DNA from: Antedon mediterranea | Taxonomy: Eukaryota; Animalia; Echinodermata | Length of the DNA: 64,000 bases | Reading direction: 5' to 3' | Assembly: GCF_964355755.1 (NCBI RefSeq) | Contig: NC_092676.1 | Coordinates: 4,875,888-4,939,887, forward strand | Shown here: positions 52,581 through 64,000 of the stretch, piece after piece | How positions within the stretch are numbered: position 1 is the first letter of the stretch | Layout: every line of letters begins with the position of its first letter | Made by a program: the position numbers and the translations under genes | Notes under the pieces: model-generated | The model's database searches: none | What the model was told of the DNA's origin: nothing | Seen by the model: only the letters and a program-made list of their open reading frames with translations

Positions 52581-53453
52581 TTAGTTGATTTTGACTCGCA
52601 GTTTATACAGTTTTGAATAGAAAGGAAGGCTGAAATCTATACATTCTTGTATATCTTCAGATATTTCCGATCTTTGCAGAACAGGTGACGGTTTTTGGAA
52701 GTGTGTGCTACCATATGTTGTCTTATGCCATCCACCAAGATCACCCCATTTTAGAATTTCTTTTGACAATTTCCAGTCCTTTCTTACTTCTTTGCCTCTT
52801 CTCCAATTTAGTAGTTTATCAGTATAACGTATGCCGGCAAATTTACAAAACTGACGAAGTATAGATTCAGGATTTTCAAGCAGATCATCAGCATCCATAA
52901 TAAAAGGTTTCGGTTCGATTCCTGTTTTAATCAGATACTCGTACAACTGTAAACTTTCTCGAAATGCGTAAAGATCCGGAACGCCATCTGACCCGTTTCC
53001 GATAATTAGCCCACCGTCTTCCAGTCTATCCATCCTTACATGTGCATCCTTTAGAGAACTGAACACTCTTTCTGGCCTGCGAATTAAAAATGCATGTCGA
53101 TAGCCCTTTGGTAGCATATCTATCTGTTTGATAATAGCAAGAGACATATCTTTTACGAAAACAACTTTCTTGTTTGGATATTCTGCTTCCAATATGTTTT
53201 CTTTCATGTATTTGTAAGAACAGTCTTTGGAGTTCCATGTTCCTTCATAAGTCATAGCTACGCCATCTGTTGTCTCTTGTAAGCTCCTTTTCAATGTTGT
53301 GGTAAGGTTTCCTTCACTGTCAGGGCCTACAATGAAAGCACTGAGATACGGCTGATTGATAATCTGTACATCTTCTAGATTGCTCATAGAAACCGTTAAG
53401 GCAGTAGAGACACTACGAGGGACGGCCCAAAGACAAATACGTACTTGAGACAT
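52581..53453 (-). CDS. P-loop sulfotransferase-like protein (Sulfotransfer_5 / BCAT-like protein 2 N-terminal family), 290 aa, intronless CDS
   Basis: LWAVPRSVSTAL, VFVKDM, HAFLIRRPERVFSS, DADDLLENPESILRQFC..G..Y...L.W, WH....S..F; acceptor ttcctttcag 16 nt upstream of the ATG at 53453. Confidence 0.85.
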   Translation of the reverse strand: MSQVRICLWAVPRSVSTALTVSMSNLEDVQIINQPYLSAFIVGPDSEGNLTTTLKRSLQETTDGVAMTYEGTWNSKDCSYKYMKENILEAEYPNKKVVFVKDMSLAIIKQIDMLPKGYRHAFLIRRPERVFSSLKDAHVRMDRLEDGGLIIGNGSDGVPDLYAFRESLQLYEYLIKTGIEPKPFIMDADDLLENPESILRQFCKFAGIRYTDKLLNWRRGKEVRKDWKLSKEILKWGDLGGWHKTTYGSTHFQKPSPVLQRSEISEDIQECIDFSLPFYSKLYKLRVKIN

Positions 53454-54041
53454 CGTAGGCCTAAACGATCTGAAAGGAAGTTTTTGTAATAAAACGGCAA
53501 TTAAATATTTAAAAAAAATTGTTTCAGTTGTATTACATTGATCACATGCAGTTATAGTAATAGGGGAAAAAGAAATAAGAATTGTCAGAAACATCCAATT
53601 ACAATTGTATATATACAACATAATAAGGGCCTATAAGTCTCCATTTTGAATTTTGAAAAATAGAGCTGCTATGTGCCCGGAAATTGCACTTGATATATCA
53701 AACGAAATTATAAGTCTCCAAGAACAGCCCTACAATAGTTAGGGTGGAGCTAAGACAATTAAAAAATAAAGTTGCTAGGTCCCGGCCCCGGAAATAATTG
53801 GACGTATACTGTACTTCGAAATATGGGAGACAGCAAGTCCTACCACTAAGAAAAATTGAGCTGCTAGGTCCCCGGAAATTGCTTTTATACATACATACGA
53901 AATTGTAAGTATGAAGAACAAGGCGCATTGGTTTATTAAGCATAAAAAGCATAAATAAGCAGAATATAGCATTTGTATCTTTAGCTAATTTTGCACAATA
54001 AAGCATATAATAAGCTCTTACATAACCTTTTTCCCCTTTTT

Positions 54042-54766
54042 AGTCGCGTGGAAGCGACTCTATAGTTCACTATGTCGGTCGGTCGGTTTGTCGGTCTGTC
54101 GGTCTGTCTTTCGGTCCGGTATCACTATGCGTTTTATCGCTTTCTGACCTTATCTTGATATCAGTTTAATCTAGCTAAGTCAATTTTTCACAGTATATTC
54201 CTTATGGCCAGGAATCGATGTGGTTATGTTTTCACGGGGCGCAATAAAAAATTACGCGGTCTACGCACGATTTAACGAAATCACGTTTGTAATCATATCT
54301 TCACAACCATGAATCACAATTAAATAAAATTTGGTACTCATAAATTTCAGGGCATAAATCATCATAATAATGGCAATACAATTACGTGCGTAGCGCATGT
54401 AACGCATGCGTACGCGCGCTTAAAATTTTCGAAATTTATTTTCGATGAAATAAGAGTAAGTTTCAGGCAATTTTAAGCGTTTACAAAATTACCATGAGTG
54501 CGCAGATTTTTGCGCACGCACTGCGCGTTAAATGTTATTGCGCACTCTTTTTGCCCGATTTCTGTTTTCTTGATTTACTTTTCAACTCGAAATTACGTTA
54601 TACGAGCACGTCAAAAGTGACAGGCTACGCACGTGTAAATTAAAAAAATATAACTGTTTTTAAACATTTCAACATTTTTAAACATGTTCAGTAATTTCGG
54701 TCAGTTGGTAGGTTGGTCGGTCGGTCGGTAAACACTAAGCACGCGACTGCAGCCATCTATATGGCC
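54042..54766 (+). mobile_element. Helentron-associated (HINE/DINE-1-like) element
   Basis: T-run|agtcgcgtg..gcgact, (gtcg/gtct)n, cacgcgact 3' subterminal repeat, gccatctatatggc hairpin, T-run. Confidence 0.8.
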
Positions 54767-55039
54767 TTTTTTTGCATAGCTTATGTTTTGCTTAAGCTTT
54801 AAAGCAGCTATTATTATTAGAAGTACTAATACTGTTTTCTCTTCACTGCTTAAGCTATGCTTTGCTTTGCTAATGCTAATTTTGCTGCTTTTTTTTTTTT
54901 ATAGAAATTGCTATTGCTCTTTTTAGCAATACTAATGCTATTATATTGACATGTTCTTAACTGTTGTTGAGTATAAAAAGGCATAAAAAGCAGAATATAG
55001 CATTTATATCTGTAGCTAATTTATGTGTTTAAGCTCTTA

Positions 55040-55440
55040 CAGCTTATAATAATATGTGCTGATACTTCTAAATGCATTATGACATGCTGTAAGGTTTAGC
55101 TTAAGCTGCTGAAATTGCTAATATATTCTAACATGTAAAGTGTTCGTTAAGCTGCTGAAACTACTATTAATATATTACGACATCCTGTAATGTGTTGCTT
55201 AAGCTGGTAAAACTGCTAATATATTACAACACGAAGATCCTTACAGCTCATGATGTGCTTATACTGCTAAATGCATTATGATATGCTGTGAAGTTTAGCT
55301 TAAGCTGCTGAAACTGCTAATAATATATCATGACATGCTGTAAGTGTGTAGTGTTGCTTAAGCTGCTAAAACTGCTAATATTCTAAAATGCTGTAAAGTG
55401 TTGATTAAGCTGCTAAAACTGCTAATATATTCTGTTTATC
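55040..55440. repeat. Degenerate ~45-50 bp tandem repeat (ttaagctgctgaaactgctaatatatt...)
   Basis: About 7 copies. Confidence 0.75.
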
Positions 55441-55739
55441 TTTAGGAAGACATTTTTATATTTACAAAGTAGTTTTTATTTAGGAAGGAGTTTTTTTAGA
55501 TTTACAAAATATTTAACAAGTGATAACCCCTTTGAATCTACAGTAAAAAGAACAATTTTCAATTGTTGCAATAATGACATCCTGCTCATTTCCAAAATTT
55601 TGGTCTGTACAATTCAATCAATTTTTATAATATTTTTTATAAATAAACAATATTTATACCATAAAAATCTAGTAATCTTAACATTAAAGATATAGGTCAG
55701 TAATACCATAACATATATACCAATTTACACATTCCTCAA

Positions 55740-56035
55740 CTTTTATATATTTATTTAGAATTATTAGAATTATAGGATTAGGTTTTTAATATTTAGGAAA
55801 AACGTTTATATATTTGGGGACGATTTTTATATATTTAGGAACGACTTTGATGTCTAGAATCATTATAATTATTTATAGGGTTAGGTTTTTAATATTTAGA
55901 AATAAATTTTATATATTTAGGGACGAGTTTGATATATTTAGAATTATTAGAATTATAGGGTTTGGTTTTTAATATTTAGGAAGAACTTTGATATATTTAG
56001 GGATGACTTTGATATATTTAGAATTATTATAATTA
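55740..56035. repeat. AT-rich tandem repeat (atatatttagg..tttgatatatttagaattattagaattataggg)
   Basis: Three ~90-105 bp units with internal sub-repeats. Confidence 0.75.
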
Positions 56036-56269
56036 AGTAACTTTACTATTAGTAAAGTTATAATATGCATTTCAACGAATAATTTCCATTTTATTGCCTA
56101 CTACTAGGCGTACTATACCATACGCAAGTTCGCAACGTACTGTATTAAATTACTGATTTAAATTAATAATATTAAATCAAAATATTATGATTGTGCCTGG
56201 AGACTACAAATAAGGCCATGTGGGATTTTAATTAAGTCTCGATCCATAAAAGAAAGAACGAAATAGTAA

Positions 56270-56780
56270 AGATCTATTGTCCCCCTGAAAAACATAATTC
56301 TTAACAAAATTTTTGTTGAATATGCCATTTTAATATAGCATAATAATTATCCACTTTGACCAAAAATTGGATCTAAAAAAAAATGTATTTACCTGAAAAA
56401 CTGTAATTTAAAGCCAAAAATGGTCAAATTGGCTGCCAGCCAATGTGTTTTTGGTTGAATTTAGCCATTTATTTAAGATAAGATAAGATAAGATAAGATA
56501 ACTTTTTATTGATCCTCAAAAAGGAAATTCATTGCTCGTCATAATAACAAGAAAACACAATAAAAACAGATATAGCATAAAACCATTCATATGAAAACAT
56601 CAAAAAATACAAGATAAAATTATCTTCTTGACTTTCTGTTGTACTGGATGATAAGAGAAAACGTTTTTGTTTTTCGTTTTTTTATGGAAGTGATTAACTT
56701 TATCAAAACTACAAAATAACATATTCAAACTCTTATTTAATTAATCTTAATTTTTCATGTTTTTGGGGGACAATACATCT
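56270..56780 (-). mobile_element. Kolobok-like element interrupted by a LINE-tail insertion
   Basis: agatctattgtccccc ... gggggacaatacatct|ttaa; (aagat)n tail insertion at ~56474-56640. Confidence 0.78.
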
Positions 56781-57180
56781 TTAAAGAACACTCATTTTAA
56801 AATAAGAATCCGATAAAAAAACACGGTTGGACATTTTTCATATCCAAATTAAATCCATGAAAATAAAATAACAATAGTCAAATCCTCACAATTATAATAA
56901 ATGTGTGGCTAAACGATAATGAATATAGTTCATATATAATTATATAGTGAATTATAGGAATGTTTTCTAAAAACCAATAATTTGTCTAGTAGTAGTAGTA
57001 CAGTAATGTCATTTGTTTAAAGCTATCGGTTAATACAAATAATTATAATACTTTTTGTTGACAAGTCTTTCAATTTTAAAAATCGAGAAAGACAAAGGCC
57101 TAAATAAACCTTAGGCCTAAATAAAACTTAGGCCTACAATAATGACTTTAAACAATATAAAACAGAAAATAAAGACTTAC

Positions 57181-57280
57181 TTGGTCGAATTAAGTTGCGT
57201 TGTTGAAGAAAAAGGTTCAATGTTGTTTAAGCTTCCAGCTCCAGAATGATAAGTTACGGAGCCGGTGTCTCTTTTTAAAC
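57181..57280 (-). promoter_or_regulatory. Candidate core promoter and non-coding first exon of the sulfotransferase-like gene
   Basis: Minus strand: tttaaaa ~30 nt upstream of an Inr-like tcattc (~57248); donor caa|gtaagt at 57180; CCAAT and tgacgta further upstream. Confidence 0.5.
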
Positions 57281-57486
57281 CTTTCCAGTAACAATGAAAA
57301 ACGGGAGATGAAGTTATTGAAGCTTAGGACCTGCGCATGACACAATGGTCAGATACATAAAACCAATTGATGCACTCCCCAACAACTACGTCATAACCAA
57401 ACGTTTAGTATTAAGTTTTTGACCTTATCTAAACTTTAATTGCATTAGCTCATTCGATAATGGTTTATTTAATTTATAAAAAAAAA

Positions 57487-58500
57487 TCATTTTCACTTGT
57501 AAAAACAAAATAAACGGTTAAAAATCCAAACAAAAATCCATTGACCTCCAGTCAATCTGACTATTCTTTCCGTTTTTCAGGTAAATAAATTGGTTTTTTA
57601 ATCAAATTTTTGGTCAAAGTGAATAACTATTATGTGACATTAATATTTCACACAACATTTATTTTTGTTCCATTTCAAGTTATTATTTGGACGCACCTTT
57701 ATCAGTGTGCCACTGTTGTAAAAGTGAAGTTTTCCAAAAAATTATTATTTTATCTTTAACCTCGTTCAATTACTATTTAGTTGTTAAACATAATATAACA
57801 GGGTAGATACTGTGTTTTATTGCATATAAAGCTCAATAGGCAATTTGTTATAGCACAAAAAAACAAGAAACTACAAACAACGAAATATAGACAATTATGT
57901 CTCAAGAAATCAAAAAGGTTTCTTGGTCGACTATTCATTTTTAATTGTACAGTATTCAAGGATGTATTGTACCCAAAAACCATGAAAAATGAAGATTAAT
58001 AAAACAGAAAAGACTTTGAATCATTTTCACTTGTAAAAACAAAATATACGGTTAAATTTAAACAAAAATCCATTGACCTCCGGTCAATCTGACTATTCTT
58101 TCCGTTTTTCAGGTAAATAAATTGTTTTTTTTTTATCAAATGTTTGGTCAAAGTGAATAACTATTATGTGACATTAATATTTCACACAACATTTATTTTT
58201 GTTCCATTTCAAGTTATTATTTGGACGCACCTTTATCAGTGTGCCACTGTTGTAAAAGTGAAGTTTTCCAAAAAATTATTATTTTATCTTTAACCTCGTT
58301 CAATTACTATTTAGTTGTTAAACATAATATAACAGGGTAGATAAAGTGTTCTATTGCATATAAACTTCAATAACACCTCAAGGCAATTTTTTTATAGCAC
58401 TAACAAAAACAAGAAACTGAAAACAACGAAATATAGACAATTATGTCCCAAGAAATCAACAAAGGTTTCTTGGTCGACTATTCATTTTTAATTGTACAGT
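57487..58500. repeat. Tandem segmental duplication, ~534 bp period
   Basis: 57487-57955 nearly identical to 58021-58500, including a Kolobok fragment. Confidence 0.9.
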
Positions 58501-60014
58501 GTGGTAAAACCTTAACAATGTAGGAGATACACATTTTAACTTAATAAAAAATGATTTATTGTATTGTGGTTATGATATAATCTGGGAGAATTTTAGAAGT
58601 GGTACAATCGAATACCAACATCCTATTTTACTTGATGACCTTTATTTAGAATTTCCATTTGAGAGAATAGGTGAAATTGTTGACTGTTTAAACAATACTT
58701 AACTGCTACATGGAGACATAGAAAGACTACACTTAATATATAATATATAAATATTTACCGCCCACCATATTATTATCTACTAACTTCTATTTTACCATTT
58801 ATCTAATTCAATAATGTATTTTCTTTCTTTCTTCAAAATTATATCATCTAACATAAATCTAAATAAAAGAAAATAAATAAATAATACAGTACTAAAAATA
58901 ATGCTAAATAATATAATAAAAATTGTATCACGTTTAAATAAATTACAAATAACTTTTATTAAAAGTAAATATAATAAGAATAAATAATCATAAAACAGTT
59001 GCATTTATTTTAATAATAACAGTATAATAACATTAATTATCAATTATATTTTTAATAATAATGATAATATTCGCTTTAAAATTTAAAATATTAATAATAC
59101 TGACAACAAAAATAAAGATAATAGAAAATAACATTAACTGTCGTGAGGTTAAAGGTTAATTATTGTTCGATCTGTAAGGTTATCTTATTTTACTATTTAT
59201 TTTTAATTGTATAATTCGTTTCTTATTTAAAACTTAAATGTTATTTTTGATACTTTTCTTTTTGGTTTTTATATTGCCTTGTAAATAAACACGCGTGTTT
59301 CAGTATTCAAAGATGTATTATCCTTCAAAAACATGAAAAATGAAGATTAAAAACAAAGACTTAAAATAGGCCGTTTTGTAAAAAAAAATATTATTTTCAC
59401 TTGTAAAAAGACAACATAAACGGTTAAATTTGAACAAAAATCCATTGCAACTAAATGACCTTATTTCTTTGTCCGCCGTACTAACAGTCACTTCTTCGTG
59501 GACATGGTCACTAACAATTACAATCCAATCATACATACATACACATTTATGTGTATAGTCGGCTTGGTTTACTACACAAATGGTGGTCAGACGTATTGGT
59601 ACCAACTTCAGCCCAACGGGCAGAAAACGGTCAATATGTATTATTGCTGAGGTGCGACACCTCCCTTCTCTATAAAGTTGATGTGAGGTGTACTTAATAC
59701 ATTCCTCGGCAATTCTTATATACGGTAATGCACCTGAATAGTTCTATGCAAATTACCCTTTTCGTTTAACTTTTAATTCCCTTCAGGTCTATGGAGACTT
59801 TCTTTCTCAAGTACGATAAGAAAGTTCATGACATACAGGACATTGACGAGGTGGGTAGAACCCCCGTATCTCTCCCACTCCTACTAATTGTGGAGAAAAT
59901 GTTCATCCCATTTTGGACAAATCGGATTTCTCTATACAGCTTCCCTATTTTGGACACAGCACTTCCACATTCTGGACAGAAATTTCCCCATTTTTGGCAT
60001 TAGGGTTGGTGAGT

Positions 60015-60300
60015 ACCCTGCCAAAATACGGATGAATTTTGCCTAAATATGCAAATTGAGGGCACTATGCTTTGCCAAAATACACAAATCATGCCAAAAT
60101 ACTCAAATCTGCTTTGCCAAAATACATAAATCATACCAAAATACGCAAATTGAGGGCGCTATGCTTTCCCAAAATACATAAATCATGCCAAAATACGCAA
60201 ATCTGCTTTGCCAAAATACACAAGTTGAGGGCGCTATGCTTTGCCAAAATACAGAGCCATATATGACTCTGCCAAAATACACAAATCATGCCAAACATCT
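60015..60300. repeat. gccaaaatac-based tandem repeats, probably a DNA transposon end
   Basis: About 10 tgccaaaatac motifs after tagggttg. Confidence 0.6.
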
Positions 60301-61459
60301 GTATTATTCTATCTATTATTCATCATTATTGGCCCTTCAACAATTCTAAGTACAGGAATATTCTGCGCATTTTTTTCCCCAAAAATCCCATGTACTATAG
60401 TTTTTCACGCTGCTGCTATAGCCAGCTACGTCCCAAGAGGACTACTCATTCAGAAAATACGCAAGCATCAGTTATAGTTCTAGAGGCTGACGTTTTTGAT
60501 AATTTGTAAACTAGGGCGGGTCATGCTAAAATTACAAACCCCAAAGCAAGTCTGGAAGATGTATTACTGTATATAGATGCATGTAGACAGTAATCAGTAA
60601 AATCTTGTTCAATAAATAATGACTTTGTTCTTGTTGTCTACTACCTAGGCCAGTAACATAATAATTCACTGTCAAGTAATCAAAACATTATTTCCATTTG
60701 ACTATTCACATTTTGTTGTCACATAAACTTTGAAAATGTGTAGACAGAGCTTATTAGAGGTTGGCTGTATTGTTGGACATATTGCTCTCATTCATTTTAC
60801 AGGAAAGGTGACCCCTTAGTAGCGGGTGGTGTCCTCTGTATAGGAGGTGGCCATGGTGTAAAAAAGTGATATATTCACTGGAAAGTGTCCCGTCAAAAAT
60901 GTTTGTGTATATACAACAATAAAATTGCTTGATTGAAATAATATTTTTTTTTCATGATATATAATTATGCGTTAAATAATATTCAAATAATGCATATTTT
61001 TATACTTATTTACAATCTGAAAATATTTACGAAAACGATTTGTATATATTTGTATATATATATATATATTTGTATATATATTTGTATATATTAAAATAAA
61101 ATGTCTCCATATGGGTCAGTCTTCTACAGTTTCTGAACCTGCTTTTTCTAGACTTTAACAAGACTGATTATTATATTAAATTATACATATTTTCACTTTG
61201 TTTGACAACGACACAACACTGATCATGAGAGTTATACCATAATCTCTGGCCAAGAAATGCGTATAAATTGAATTCAACTGTTTATTGGTTAAACACACTT
61301 TACAGTTTTAAATTCGTTGACATAAAGTTTGCGGTACATCACGTATGTAGTTCTGAAAAGAACTGTTGAGTTTCTTGTCATTTCGATCAATATGCTTCTT
61401 GTCGTTTCTATCAATATGTTTCAGAACCACATACGTGGTGTACCACAAACTTTTGTGTT

Positions 61460-61605
61460 AAGCTCTATCTACACTATCAAACTAGTTTGACTAGTGATGT
61501 GTCCAAATATGGTGATGATATGCCCAAATATGGTAGTAATATGACATCATCATGTCATCATCACATTTTTTGGTCACATAAAGCATGATAGTGTAGACAG
61601 AGGTT
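61460..61605. mobile_element. PIF/Harbinger MITE copy (in the 3'UTR of the minus-strand gene)
   Basis: agctctatctacactatcaaac ... gatagtgtagacagag. Confidence 0.75.
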
Positions 61606-61644
61606 TACATTCATTTATAAATCTATTTTGACGTTGTTGTCTAC

Positions 61645-61917
61645 CTACCAGAGCAAAGACGCCTTGATTTTCTTATATGTGTTATCCACAGATTGTAGGC
61701 ACTCACTGGCTTGATTTCTGGCATGTTTGATACGTGCACGGTTGTTGTCAATAACGTATTGCACATGCTCAATGTTACGCGTTGTCACGACTTGTTCCTG
61801 TCGTGATAAAACATCTGGAAGTGTCTTACATTGGTTGAGAATCATACCATCTATCTTCGATAGGTGTGTGTCTATATTTGGGCATTGATTCAAGATGGCT
61901 TTACTACAGACCAATAT
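61645..61917 (-). CDS. Terminal exon of uncharacterised Rab-like GTPase with helical C-terminal domain
   Basis: ttgttag| ILVCSKAILNQCP...KIKASLLW*; phase 0 fits the upstream exon. Confidence 0.7.
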   Translation of the reverse strand: MLVCSKAILNQCPNIDTHLSKIDGMILNQCKTLPDVLSRQEQVVTTRNIEHVQYVIDNNRARIKHARNQASECLQSVDNTYKKIKASLLW

Positions 61918-62007
61918 CTAACAATAATTGATAACATGAAAGTAATAGATTAGTAATTGTTACTTCTTTATGTGGAAAAAGCAAAGTTGTTGCTTGGTGG
62001 AGTCTTT

Positions 62008-62180
62008 AGCTCTATCTACACTATAAAACTGGTTTGACAAAAAAAAGTGATATGCCCAAATATGATAGTGATATGCCCAAATATGGTGGTGATATGCCCA
62101 AATATGGTAGTGATATGACATCATCGTGTCCATATATGGGCACATCACATTTTTTGTCACATAAAGTTTGATAGTGTAGC
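62008..62180. mobile_element. PIF/Harbinger MITE copy
   Basis: Same family; three internal gatatgcccaaatatg units. Confidence 0.75.
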
Positions 62181-62634
62181 TTTCAGACGAGGGTGGATTT
62201 GAATGAAACTACTTTTTCCTGAAGTGCCCTTTTTTAAGAGATCAGCAAGAAGTGAGGCCTCACTAGCCTAGTATGATGACGATGACGATTTGTAGAAAAA
62301 AACTCAGGCCATAGGATTTACTAGTTCTTAAATGTACAGTCTATTACCAGAAAAAAATCTGTTGCTACATAGTTGCACTGGGAGTAGGTGGAGTTGTAGG
62401 CCCAATAACAAAAAAAAAGTAACAGATTAAACAGATATTAAACTTATTATAGAAGAGAACTTTTCTTTTTTATTGGATCAACAAAAAAGAAAAATTCTCT
62501 TATATAATATTAGGATCCAAATTACATTATTTCTAGATTTTTAATAAACTTATTTGTGATTCAGGAGGATCCACTATACAGTATACAAACTAAAGAGGTA
62601 TAATGAAGTGTCCAAAATGTAACCAACAACTTAC

Positions 62635-62742
62635 CTCTGATTGAAAGGTCAGCATCACTTTCTTTACATCTTCTGATTTTTCATCTTCATCGAGCAGTTT
62701 CCCTTTGCAGGCTAATTGTAAAAATCCGCCATCATCAATAGC
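62635..62742 (-). CDS. Internal exon of the same gene
   Basis: tttttag| AIDDGGFLQLACKGKLLDEDEKSEDVKKVMLTFQSE |gtaagt; 108 nt, phase 0/0. Confidence 0.72.
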
Positions 62743-63058
62743 CTAAAAAGGTGGAAGTGTCTTATTATTCCAAATGAAGATGAAATTCTAAATTATTCTA
62801 TAATCCAGTTGAATGCAGGATAAATTTAGAGCTGTATTTCTAATGGAGCTGTAGCTTGGTGGTTAACATGCTTGCATTCCAATCCCAAGGTCCAGGGTTC
62901 AATCCTGACCTAGTGCCAGGGTTGTAACTAATGAATCTTTCAACTCCATTCCCTAAGCCTCAAATGAGACTTAATTTATAAGCATCCATCCTGTAATTGG
63001 CTAGTTTGAGCTCGCTGTTGGATGCGTATGAAATAAAAAATAGAAAAAACAACTGCAC

Positions 63059-63250
63059 CACAAGTTCTTGGTCTTTTAGTAAAGTCTGCTTTATGCCACC
63101 AATGCAGTCTTCCATCGATGCCTTAGGTGTGTCAATCATGTCAGTGGAGTAACAGTCTTTCTTAAACTTCTTCACCGCCTCTGTAAAGCCCTCCGTAAGC
63201 TGCCCTGTCAGACGGATTGCTCCGTTACACTCGCTAAACAAATCGTCCAA
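63059..63250 (-). CDS. Internal exon of the same gene
   Basis: tttcatag| LDDLFSECNGAIRL...LLKDQELV |gtgcag (weak donor, boundary uncertain by a codon). Confidence 0.68.
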
Positions 63251-63313
63251 CTATGAAAACAACAAACAACATTCCAGATTTAGACAATCAAAAAGGAAAA
63301 CATTTATTCTTTA

Positions 63314-63469
63314 AGCTCTGTCTACACTATCAAACTAGATTGACAAAAAAAGTGTGATGTGCTTAAATATGGTAGTGATAGACCCAAATATGGTAGTCAC
63401 ATCATCATGCCTCTATATGGGCACATCACATTTTGTTGTCACATTTTGTTTGATAGTGTAGACAGAGCT
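63314..63469. mobile_element. PIF/Harbinger (Tourist-like) MITE, intact reference copy
   Basis: Perfect 22-bp TIR agctctgtctacactatcaaac with TTA duplication on both sides. Confidence 0.88.
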
Positions 63470-63666
63470 TTAGTCAGTCTTATTTCTTTAACCTTGAATT
63501 GTAAAGATTTAGGGTATGTTTAGATCCATGGAGTTATGCTTTCGTATCGCAAACAATGTTATATAAAGCGTCTTAACTCTATGGAGTTGTATGCATAACA
63601 CCCTATGTCTGAACAGGCCCTTAGACAATACTGAGATATGTAGCAGCTCTTTCAAAACAATCATAC

Positions 63667-63868
63667 CTCTTTTATTCCAACAGTTTTCAGTGGGTGGAAC
63701 TCATTCTGTTCATCTTTTACATTTTTTTTCTGTTTCTTTCGTTTGATGTTGACAGCTTGCATTTTCTTTATTGCGCTGTCTTTAAGATTTCTTTCCAGTA
63801 AATGTCTGACCAAAGCTTGTATTGCGATATGAACACTTCCATCCGGATCCTTGGCTGACACGGCAACG
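63667..63868 (-). CDS. Exon with Ras/Rab-like G5 motif and helix 5
   Basis: tgtcatag| VAVSAKDPDGSVHIAIQALVRHLLERNLK...LKTVGIKE |gtatga; upstream exons lie outside the window. Confidence 0.7.
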
Positions 63869-64000
63869 CTATGACAAAATATAAACATCTTTAACTACGC
63901 AAGTGGAAGAGATGACCAGTGATTTGAAATTATTTGTAACATTACAAATACTATTCACACATGATCACGCTTTGTGTAATGATCATTTTAGATCTCATTG

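Noticed and set aside
53454-53621. Hydrophobic N-terminal extension of the 346-aa ORF
   Set aside because: AT-rich intron-like sequence with a strong acceptor at 53470; the family-like sequence starts at MSQV
62845-62915. tRNA-like sequence (also ~10557-10620 and 8931-9005)
   Set aside because: A/B boxes present but stems broken; SINE heads, not tRNA genes

Overview
AT-rich (~30% GC by eye), intron-rich eukaryotic DNA, probably an invertebrate deuterostome. An echinoderm-like origin is inferred from repeat style and composition only. Four genes are supported by splice signals and translation: (1) the 3' end of a cation-independent mannose-6-phosphate receptor / IGF2R homologue (+, five exons, 7508-10496); (2) a Lin28 homologue (+, cold-shock domain plus two CCHC knuckles, exons ~27041-43835), whose 3'UTR carries let-7 and miR-125/lin-4 sites; (3) a P-loop sulfotransferase-like gene with an intronless CDS (-, 52581-53453); (4) the 3' end of a gene with a Rab-like G5 motif and a long unknown helical C-terminus (-, 61645-63868). 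The rest is mostly transposon debris: Rex/Babar, L2 and CR1 LINE pieces, tRNA-SINEs, Harbinger, Kolobok, hAT and pogo-like MITEs, Helentron-type HINEs and minisatellites. Most unusual: a higher-order array of 15 pre-miRNA-sized hairpins just downstream of Lin28; a fully paired tRNA cloverleaf with an ATC anticodon in an IGF2R intron; 18-32 bp CATGGAG palindromes with 7-bp target duplications that resemble P-superfamily excision footprints; and a Lin28 with a very short interdomain linker. All coordinates were read manually and no database searches were run.
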